A stretch of 57,573 bases of DNA, counting the filler, from Catajapyx aquilonaris (taxonomy: Eukaryota): NCBI GenBank assembly GCA_000934665.2. It is 4 parts of 4 records of this genome, joined end to end, with 100 filler letters (N's around TTAATTAATTAA, not from the genome) between each part and the next. Parts side by side here need not be neighbours in the genome. Positions count along the whole stretch, not along the records: positions 43,246 to 57,573 come from JYFJ02007821.1; 3 more parts are not named here. The stretch is one strand, 5' to 3'. A program made the position numbers and the translations under genes. This document shows positions 47,534 to 57,573 of the stretch, in pieces. The notes beneath the pieces are model-generated. The model did not search any database, was not told the DNA's origin, and worked only from the letters and a program-made list of their open reading frames with translations. Position 1 is the stretch's first letter. Every line of letters begins with the position of its first letter.

Positions 47534-49423
47534 TACAGGGCGGGTCACAATAGAGGTCACACATCCACACAACTACAAATACAGGAACTCCCAGTAATAA
47601 TGGACCTTTTCGCTCAATGTCATCAAAACAAAGCGGCCGTCTTGGTGGTTGGGTACATCTTCACGCCTGACTGTGTCGTTGGGCAGGGTTTGTCAGATCT
47701 TCTGCGATTTGTGAGGTCTCCCGGTGTCTGTGAATGTGTGCCGTGGCCCGGGGTGCCCCAATGCCCTGCCCTGTGGCACCACTGCTGAACTACACAAAAA
47801 GTCTGGCAGGAGGGGCAAATAGGCGATGTACGATGCATATACGAAACGATGCAGAATTTCCTTTTCATGATCCCACCTTCCTCCAGTACTTTGTACTCAG
47901 GTCCGTCTTAACATCATTACAGGACCCCAGGCTAAGCAAAGGCACTGAGGGCCCCTACCTACACAACCACTCACAAGAATAAAAATTCAACATAATAATT
48001 ATATGCTTGGCAATAAACCAGTCAGCACTTTGGGTATTACAGTACCTGTGTTTGTGTAAAACCCACGCCACATGAGCTAGCGGGAACCAGTACAATGGCA
48101 CTGACCTGTCACATAGTTTGGTATAGGAACAACGTATCTCGGTAGCATGGCGAAACTTAACGCATTCATCGCTCAATGCATGTTGGAATCTTAATTTCCT
48201 TCCCGGTAACTCAGTGCCTCTAACAGACTGTGGTAAATTATCCTGGCTTAAACTACTGCACCACTGTCATGCACTAACTGCACTAAATGAAAAGTTCTTT
48301 TTCCAAGGGTATGGAATGAACCACGTGAGACTAGGCCTCGCAATCAATCCCGGTTTAAAGAGCAGGTGCGCCTCATCCCCACCTTTCCTCTCACGGTCCT
48401 TCACACACCTTCCAGTCCTCACCAAGCTCCACTCCTAGTCTCCTTCCCCACGAGTCGGTGCTGAGACTGGTTTTAGCTGAACAACAACCACCGAGAGACT
48501 CTCCCGCGGCTCTTCTTCTCACGGCAACTCATCCGCCATCTTGGTTCGACTACAGGCCACAGGGTGGCCAACTGCATTCAGGGCCATGAAGGTGGCGCCA
48601 ACAGGTGAAGGTCGCTCGCTTTCAGTAAAATGTCATGTTCCTTTGGTGGTTAATACTTAATTTATTACAAAAATTTCAAAAAGCATCCACACTCTCATTG
48701 AAACGTTGCACTCACAGATATATAGTTTGATTAACCAGTTGTGCTGATTAACAAGTAAATGAACAGTACATAATAAACTACACAACAGCTTGACATTTTC
48801 ATATATCTATCGTGTCAGATTCTTATCTGCAGTAACAACTTGCATGAGAGAAAGGTAGGCTTGAGGTAATGAACTGTACCAAGGTTCCATAGTGATGTGT
48901 TGGAGTGAATGAAGTCTCCCTGAGAGTAGCTGAACTAGAGAAAGGACGTCGTATTCTTCACTCCTCCTTATTATTACAGTTCAATCAGCTTAACTGACCT
49001 TTTCCCATCCAACCTATGCACAGGCTGGGGATACAACAGTCATGTGAATGGGTAAATTAACAGACACAGTTTTCCATTATGTGCATGTTCATTGCACCTG
49101 GTTAGATACTGTGTTAATCTAAAGGTAAAAAATATTACTCATTATTTGCAAAATTTTCCCCAACAATATAAGGTAAATGTGTTAAACGGCATATCCCCCC
49201 ACAACCTTACTTCACAGTTTAGAACACAAAAGTACAACTATCGTAATAGGACAACTTTTAATCACAAGTTCAAAATCATAAGCTACGTTTACATGATATC
49301 AATTCGCTCAGCAATTCGCATCACTGAGCAATGAAGCCAATTGTTTGGAGCAAAAGTAACAATAGATGTTCCCTCCCAAACAATTGGTTTCATAGCTCGG
49401 CAATGTTCATCGCTGTACCTGGT

Positions 49424-50343
49424 CAAAGAGCTTATACTAGGAAGAGTGGAAAAAACGGTTTCCAAGCGTCGCCACTTTTTGGCCAGTTGTTTGGCCAACG
49501 TGTTTTGCTGTTAGCTCACTACGCGGCGCCACGGTCGAGTGCTGTCGAGATGAATTTCAATAAAATGTGTGTATTTAATATCAAGAGGCACATAATTAAG
49601 AGTTATAAATATAAAAACTGACCAATATGAGGTCGTATGGGGTTAAGGAACTAATTTTGGACCCGAAACTGATATTCGACGCAGCTTGCCACACTGCACC
49701 TAACAATCCAAATAATCACCTCGTTGCTTAGAAATCACGTTCGAATTTTGAAATGGAACCAGTTCCAAGGCCGGCATAGTGGGGCGTAGACGATCGGGGG
49801 TTGGGTGCCGAGTGCTACTACTGCTGTTCGCGCACGGGGTCTCGGATCGCATTCTTTTTATTACCAAAGGACCCTCCATGGCTCTCGAGTTCACGGTATA
49901 GAAGAACAAGCCCGTCCCGCCACAAGATGGACATAGCAGCGGGGGGTACATCTTCCTGTCATGACCATGTTCAGCATCATGACCAGTGTGTATACAGTAG
50001 CCTACCGTGGTGTGTATTGTATAGCGCAGAGTGTGGGATTATTGTAGTGGCAATAAACTTCTGGCAAACAATTTGCTTTTCGTGATGGTATTTTATTGAC
50101 AGGTGTTCTACATCGTGTTTTGTCGTCAATTTTTACACCAACGAGAGTATACGAGTGCTTATAGCTTATTTCCAACCTCTGGGGCTTTTATTGCCATATT
50201 TCCGGCACTGCCTCGATCTACCGTATTGTACAATACAGTATTGAGTTTCGCTGTCGACTCGCCAGGTGGCAGGTCAGTCGATTGGCGACACGGTTGCTAT
50301 GCTACCAGCTGTTTTTTCCACTCTTCCTAGTATAAGCTCTTTG
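49424..50343 (-). mobile_element. P-element-like non-autonomous transposon with decayed THAP-like sequence
   Basis: Perfect 33-bp TIR CAAAGAGCTTATACTAGGAAGAGTGGAAAAAAC; exact 8-bp TSD TACCTGGT at 49416-49423 and 50344-50351; frameshifted RCYV/PSCGGTGLFFYTV...RH..DRLRPTMP at ~49770-49950. Confidence 0.8.
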
Positions 50344-50351
50344 TACCTGGT

Positions 50352-50459
50352 GTCCAACAAGAATTGTCGCAAGAGGCAGGGCACGAACTACTGTCTCTCG
50401 TGTACCTGAGCTCGTAGATTGTAGTTCGTGCGCTGCCGCTGCGACAATTCTTGTTGGAC
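50352..50459. mobile_element. Small MITE whose left end received the P-like insertion
   Basis: gtccaacaagaattgtcgca / tgcgacaattcttgttggac arms plus inner gcacgaactac / gtagttcgtgc. Confidence 0.65.
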
Positions 50460-50881
50460 TGATAGTACATGGCTAATGAAATGCCTCACATGTAAACATA
50501 GCATAAAACAAGACGTGGACACTCATAATGCTATGGCACTGAAAATACAGTATGCTTCAGAAGTTAGCTCACATCCGTATATTGGCAGATGTGCCCTTTG
50601 CATACTCATTAGACGTGTTGCTGTCCTGAGGGAAGAGGCAGCAGCTGATCATGACAAAATGCATGTTCGATTCCCCTGATGAACTAAAATTCGGCAGGCA
50701 TAGGAATTCCAACTCGAGCACAGAAGTTGTGAGAGACATTTGAATGATTACATGAGCTCAATTCTGAGACACACACAGTACTGCATAAAGGCAGCTTCCC
50801 CACACCCTCCCTTTTTTACATGGAGGTTTTACAGGTCAGAATTATTCTCAAGGACCTGGTGCCTCTTAACATTGTTCAACA

Positions 50882-52939
50882 CTAACTTGTTAATACAACA
50901 TTTGGATTAAGCTCCTGCACCTTCTTATGACAATCAGGACCAATCGATATGTTATTGCACCATCGAACTCGGACAGTCTTCAATTTTTTACATTGAGAAA
51001 TAACCTCGTAAAAGCCAGTGTAGGTAAAACCTGAACAATGGACGAAAGTCACATGAGTCAGCTCCAAGCACCTGAGAGCTATGGCTGACATGCAATGGTC
51101 TGTCAGACTGCAATCGTATAACTTAAGGCTCTCTAGACGAGTGGCTGCTTGTGCCAGGGTGAAAAAGCACAGCAACTTCCAAGTGTCGCTTAACCACCAG
51201 CCCAGTTCCAGTCTGCGCAGGTTTGGCAGTCTGCCAATCACCTCTACAAGGGTCGTCTTCTTCACCTCACCTCCCTTATCAATAATGAGCTCTTCCAACT
51301 GGAGGCACTGCCCAAGGGCAAAATATGGGTCATGCCTCATGTAAGCTATGTCACCTATGCTCAGACGACGCAGCTGGCCTCCTATGCTGTCAATCACAAT
51401 CTTCAAGGTCATTTCATTATGAGCATAACAAAACAAGTGAAAGTCAACATCAGTGAGCCTTGGCCATTCCCTCACAACGAGCTTGTCTATGGCCAGCATA
51501 TCACAACAGTGGTTCGTGTCCACCTTGAACTTCTCCAGTTTGGGGCAGATGGAAAATGTATCCATGATGTGACGAGCGCCCTTGCATTTGTAGCAAGATT
51601 TCCCAACAAGTTGAACTTCTCTAAGGGACCGGCAACTGTAGATGTAAAAATATACATCAGCCAACAAATATATTATTGTCTTATTAATAAATTGATGGGA
51701 AATCCTGCCCTTGCTGCATTCCCTAAGTAATTAACACCTCAATAATAACCATTACAAATTAATAACCACAAATTAGGGGGCATGGTGGTCTAGTGGCTAT
51801 GCTACTGGCCAGCCAAGCAGGAGGTCCGGGGTTCAAATACTGTCACCATCACCTTCGGTTGGTCAGGTTTTTTCCCCACTTTTCACCCGACATGTCCGGG
51901 CAGATTCGCACTACCTTCTCTGCCCAGGGCCAAGAGAAAAGGTTTGGTATTTAAGAGGGTCTGAAATTACGAAAAACTATTTAAGAGCGCCATCCCTGGG
52001 GAACCATCCCTTCCCCCCCCCCCTCTCACGCCTCACGGGGTATTACACACAAAAAACACACAAAAATTGTAATGTCGCTCGCTCTTTTCTAGCCCTGCGG
52101 CCAGCGGTGTAGGTCATATTCTTAATGATGCTCATCCAACAATTATCCGCATCACACTCCCCTCCCCCTGACCTCCCTCCCGCCTGCCTCCCTTGGGAAG
52201 CTCCCCTTCCCCCATTAAAAGGGGCGCAAGGCCCTATCACTGGGTTAAACACAAAAAAACTTAGGGAATGAAAGTGATGCAGAATCTTCTAATCAAAGCG
52301 AATAAAACACAGTCACCAGAGAGGAACATTCACTGCATTACAACTTACCTCTGAGCCACCAACTCCAGGGACTGGCTGTTACGGATCCTGACAGAATGCA
52401 AATCAAGCACTTCTAAGCCTGAAAGCTTCTTGGCAACTGTCCTCAAAATCACATCCACCGAGTAGTACCATTCATGAAGCCTGACTACCTTAAGTTCAGG
52501 CATGCTGCGTATCAATCTGCATGCTCTGGCTCCAGTCACGGTACGAGGAAAAAATGTGACTTCCTTCAGGTGCTTCTTCTGCGTCATGGCCATTTCTTTC
52601 CATTCTTTGCAGACGAGGGCAGCTCCCAGTAGCAGAGATTCAGCAGGCAAGAAGGAAAATATGTGAAGCCATATTTCTGTAGGAAGCTTCTTGTAGCCCT
52701 GCCAAGAATAAAATGAGGTGTGTCTCATCTCACTATGTCTTCTGGCACTGATTATGATTGTTTCAAAATCCTTGCAGCCTTCCATTTTCATCATTAGTGT
52801 TTACCTCCTGCTGTTCTGGTGCGGCCTGTGCCCCTCCAGGGTCACCTTGGTCATCCCCGCCACCTTCCAGCCTCTGCCTCTTTGTCTCCATGGGATCCTC
52901 CCTGGACATCAACCGTGATGACCTCCGTGTGCCCACCAT
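50882..52939 (-). CDS. F-box/LRR protein paralog B, 3 exons, 412 aa
   Basis: Exons 52939-52805, 52698-52349, 51635-50882 (135+350+754 nt) splice in frame; basic KRQRL NLS-like motif, F-box, then ~10 LRRs (LPNLRRLEL, LESLKLYDC, CKKLKTVRV). Confidence 0.92.
51776..51930 (+). mobile_element. tRNA-derived SINE in F-box B intron 2
   Basis: A-box TGGTCTAGTGG, B-box GGTTCAAAT, followed by a non-tRNA body; right boundary approximate. Confidence 0.65.
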
Positions 52940-53916
52940 GCTCCAACTGGCGTCAGGGGCCTCTGGAACACAATGCAAATCAATCCCGGTTTCAATTTAG
53001 CAAGTGCGCCTCATTCTCACCTTTCCTCTTACGGTCCTTCACACACCCTGCCGATCCTTACCAAGCTGCACTCGCCTTCCCCACAAATCGGTGCTGAAAC
53101 TGGTATTTTTAGGAGGAGAAAAACAAGCCAGACGCCGACAACTATTCTTCCGACTGCAACTGTTCCGCCATCTTGGTTCGACAGGCGGCAGGGTAGCCAA
53201 CTGTATTCATGACCATCAAAAGTTGTGCCAGTTGTACCAACAGAAATGGAATATTGAGTAACTCTGGCAGTAAAACCTTCTGCAAATTGAAATGTCCCTT
53301 TATTTTCCAACATTTTGACCAAAATGATTCATTTGTGGTCATTCATGCATTAGCAAAATGTTCTCAGGGCCACTCCGCCTCCTGAAAAGAGCTACTGTCA
53401 AAAGGAGAACCTGATTAAATATATTTTATCTTGATTTTATTTATCTCCGAATTGTACACAGAAACATCTAGGGACATATATTGCAGGCCTTTCACAAACA
53501 CCGGTGCTAAAACTGGTTTTAGTAGGAGGAAAACAAACCAGAAGATCACTCTTCTCACTGCGATAGAGCGGGTAAACAGCAGAGGGGTTTTCTCACAGCT
53601 CTTATTGTCCATGTGAAGCACTGCAGAGTTTGGCCTATATCATTCATAGCTGTAGGGTTAGTACCATACATTTAGCAGTTCCACTCCGCCTAACTGATAC
53701 ACACTCACGAGAAGGAGAACCAATTAAATGCATTTTATTATATCCAAATACATCTAGGTAGTACTGTACTGTACATATTCTGGGAAAAGTGAATGTCGTC
53801 TTTTACAGTTATGGAATTACACAGTTTAAAAAAAAAAAATGCACTTTCTCCTGGTGCGCACAGAGCAATTCAGTTTAGCCTAATTAACCAGTTCTGATGA
53901 TTAACAATAAGTAATA

Positions 53917-54172
53917 ACAGAACAGTACATAATAAACCAGACAACAGTTTGACATAATATGTCAAACTGTTGTGTGGTTTATTATGTGCTGTTCTGTATA
54001 GGAGATGAACATGCCTATAACGGAAGACTGTGTTTATTAACGATTTCTCCCACCTTATTACGAGTACACGAGGGAAAAAATAATTTAATTATTTTCCCCC
54101 TCATGTACTCATAATAAGGTGGGAGAAATCATTAATAAACACAGTCTTCCATTATAGGCATGTTCATCTCCT
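53917..54172. repeat. Two back-to-back, nearly loopless palindromes
   Basis: 53917-53997 (~40-bp arms) and 54000-54172 (~86-bp arms). Confidence 0.9.
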
Positions 54173-54369
54173 GGACAGTCCTATTGTACAGTGCCAGAAT
54201 TGACTCAAACTCAGTGTTTGCAAACACATGATTGAAACCACAATAATGGTGGAACCAATCCTAACTACCTTATGAGAGAGATAATTTTGCATCACTGACA
54301 CTCATTCAGTTCAGCATTGTTCTCAGATATGGTGCCTCTATTTGGTACGTTAAAACAGTTAAATGGTAA

Positions 54370-56715
54370 TTAATCAGTTAAAACAACATTAGGATTAAGC
54401 TCCAGCACTTTAGTATGGCAAGCTGGATCGATCAAGACTTGACGGCACCATATGACCCTGACATCCTTCAATTTTTTGCATTGAGAAATCACCTCGTAAA
54501 AGCCAGTGTTGGTAAAACCGGAACAAAAGGCGAAAGTCACATGAGTCAGTTCCACACACCCGGAAGCTATGGCTGACATGCAGTGGTCTGTCACACCATG
54601 GCAGCAATGTAACTTAAGGCTCTCTAGGCGAGTGGCTGCTTGTGCCAGGGAAAAAAAGCTATGCAACGTCCCAGTGTCAGAGAGAGACGTCCAGCTGGTC
54701 AGTTCAAGCCTGCGCAGGTTTGGCAGGTTGCCAATCGCCTCTACAAGGGTATTCTGCATCACCCCATACGACTTATCAAGAATGAGCTCCTCCAGCTGGT
54801 GGCACTGTCCAAGGGCAAAGTATGAGTTGGGCTCCACGTAACTTATGTTACCTACTCCTAGTCGACGCAGCTGGCCTCCAACTGCCTCAGTTACAATCTT
54901 CACTATCATTTCATTTTGAGTTGATGGTGAACACCAAAAGTCAACGTCAGTGAGTTTTGGCCATTTCCTCACAATGAGCTTGTTGATGGGCAGCACATCA
55001 CTCAAGTATTTCATGCTCACCGTGAACTTCTCCAGTTTTGGGCAGATGGAAAATATATCCAGGATATGACGGGATCTGTAGCCAAATTCTACATTTAGGG
55101 AAACTTCCCTAAGGGACTGGCAACTGTAAGTGTATCAATAGAAAAGGAAAAAATGGTTTTAAAACGTGGAAGAGGAATCCTGTCGTTGCTGAATTTCCTA
55201 ATTGACACCTCAATATTAACCATAACAAATTAATATTAACCACAAATTGTCAAACAGCTAAAATTTCAAGAGAATCTGAGATGGTGGGTGACATGGCTGG
55301 ATGAACTGACATGGAATGACCCCTATGCAATCACAACGACTATTTAAATAAACATGAAATAGGACACCCCTGACGAATCTGCCAGCTGGGCCTTATCACC
55401 TAAAACTGCAAAATAAAACAAATTATGGTTAAATTAATATTAATGACAATTACAGCAAAACCTCAATATAATGCTCTTCGATGGACCAATCCAAAGTAGC
55501 ATCACCCAGGGCCATCAGATGTCATTCATCATTTTGATCGGGTTTGATACACTCTTTTGTGCAGCAGCTCATGTTGTTAATAGCATGATGGATTAATGTT
55601 CAGCACTGTACCTCTAAATTCGCTTACAATATTTTCCTTGCACTAAACTTCTAAAAAATCCAGTACACATATCATCAAAAAAATATATAATTCTTTTATT
55701 GGTGTCCTTGTGTCCCGGGTTCGATCCCCGCCCAAGAGTTCCCTCCCGCCTGCGTCAGTGGGTCTCTGGCCCGCACCTAAGGAGGATTGGCAACCTAGCC
55801 TTCCGGGGGACTGCACATGACCCATTTCCTACAATGCACTTGCACCTGCGTCCCCTCCCCAAAAATCCCTATCCTTACCCCATTTCCTTACTTTCCTGCA
55901 TGGAGAATGAAGAGAAAAGCATAGAAAATACTAGAAAACTGATGGTGATATGTCACCCCCTACAACGACCTACTGTTTTATCACGGTGTAAAATAAATAA
56001 ATATTGGCGTCCTTGTTTGATTTTCCTTACAAAGGTATAGCAATAAGCTACATAAACTTCTAATCAGAGTGAATGAAACAAAGTCACAAAACAGAAATAT
56101 TTATGACATCACTACTCACCTCTGAGCCACCAGTTCCAGGGACTGGCTGAAAAAGATCTTGACACAACGCATATCAAGCACTGCAAGGTCTGGAAGCTCC
56201 TTAGCAATTGCCCTCAAAATCACACCCACGGAGGTTTCCCAATCCCGAAGCCTGACGATCTTAAGTCCAGGCATACTGCGGATCAACCTGCATGCTTTGG
56301 CTGCACTTATGGAATCAGCATCAAACTTGACTTCCTGCAAGTGCTTCTTCTGCACCATGGCCATTTTGTGCCATTCTTTGCAGACGAGGGCAGCTCCCAG
56401 CAGCAGAGATTGTGCAGGCAAGAAGGAAAACACATGAAGCCATATTTCTGTAGGAAGTTTCTTGTAGCCCTGCAAAGAATAAAATGAGGTGTGTCTCACT
56501 ATGTCTTCTGGCACTGATTATGAATGGGAGTGTTTCAAATCCCTGCAGCCTTCCATATTTTCATCATCACTGTAGTTTACCTCCTGCTGTTCTGGTGCGG
56601 CCTGTGCCCCTCCAGGGTCACCTTGGTCATCCCCGCCACCTTCCAGCCTCTGCCTCTTCACTTCCTCGTTGTCCTCCCTGGACATCAACCGCGCTGACCT
56701 CCGTGTGCCCACCAT
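54370..56715 (-). CDS. F-box/LRR protein paralog C, 3 exons, 412 aa
   Basis: Exons 56715-56581, 56469-56120, 55123-54370 (135+350+754 nt) splice in frame; same architecture as paralog B. Confidence 0.92.
55700..56001 (+). mobile_element. 5'-truncated SINE-like element in F-box C intron 2
   Basis: B-box GGTTCGATCCC at ~55718, pyrimidine-rich body, aaataaataaaa tail at ~55990. Confidence 0.55.
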
Positions 56716-57573
56716 GCCCCGACAATTCTTGGCTGGTTTGAAGGAGCCTTCAGATCACAATGTAAATCTGAGCAAAGACTAAAGACAAGAGGTGAGGATC
56801 AGCAAAAATATCCCGATCAAACAAACCCTGCACTAATTGCTATCTCTTACGATGGTTCTAGGCCTCGCAATAAAACCTCGATTTCAAGTGCAAACGAGCC
56901 TGATTCTCACCTTTAACACTACCTGGCAATCCTTCCCATGCAACCCTAGCAGTCGCTCTCCCCAAAAAGCCTGTGATGCAACTGGCTTTAGGAGGAAAAA
57001 GAACCAGACGATCCCTTTTCCCGCTTTTCGACTTCCACCGATCCGCCATCTTGGGCAGAGCTGGGCAGGGCAGCCAATAGTCTGCAGTGGTAGCCAGGGG
57101 TGCCAACATAAACTGTGGCAATANTCCCCAAAAAGCCTGTGATGCAACTAAAAAAGAACCAGACGATCCCTTTTCCCGCTTTTCGACTTCCACCGATCCG
57201 CCATCTTGGGCAGAGCTGGGCAGGGCAGCCAATAGTCTGCAGTGGTAGCCAGGGGTGCCAACATAAACTGTGACAATAAAAGACTATAATTATTGCTATA
57301 ATTATTATGTAAATGAAGAAAAAAAAATCTTCTGATTTTCCTACAGCTGTTACTGTCCATGCGATGCATTGCAAACTCTTGACCTAAATGATTCATTAAT
57401 GTCATCCTTGGGCAGCACATTTAATGCCGTCATTAGCTCTTGATGCCGTTTAACACTCTACCTCAGTACTGCAGGCCTACCGCTGAAAAGCATTATTGTC
57501 AAGGGGATGCTCATTAAACTATAGCTTATTCTTTCCCGATTATACTCGTAAACAACTGGGCATGCAACTGGGG

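Noticed and set aside
51776..51850. tRNA genes here and at ~27650-27727 and ~55700-55740
   Set aside because: A/B boxes are present but no clean cloverleaf, and each continues into a SINE-type body or tail.
56960..57275. ~155-bp tandem duplication upstream of F-box C
   Set aside because: Near-identical copies joined at a single N (57124); probably two haplotypes or an overlap artefact.

Overview
Eukaryotic (arthropod-like) genomic DNA, not prokaryotic. The window is four separate ~14.3-kb pieces joined by identical artificial spacers (N44-TTAATTAATTAA-N44), so adjacency across them means nothing. Piece 1 (1-14304): an intact 9-exon Arp2 gene (394 aa) whose long introns are full of MITEs and large foldback elements. 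Piece 2 (14405-28727): two tandem prophenoloxidase genes (one complete, 10 exons, 695 aa; one cut by the contig edge, with an extra 16-nt first exon giving a myristoylation-like MGNTGGC start), three intronless divergent ionotropic receptors, and SINEs. Piece 3 (28828-43145): an intact but divergent 4-exon ERH gene missed by the ORF track, a WDR5 pseudogene directly upstream of it, two candidate secreted small-peptide ORFs, a 9-finger C2H2 exon, and LINE, MITE and Helitron debris. Piece 4 (43246-57573): tandem Helitrons, a P-element derivative, and three tandem F-box/LRR paralogs whose differences cluster just after each LRR beta-strand, a pattern that suggests diversifying selection. Best leads: the hypervariable F-box/LRR family, the divergent ERH, and the possibly lipid-anchored prophenoloxidase. 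All splice models were read by hand from GT-AG sites and frame continuity; family assignments rest on recalled motifs, not database searches.
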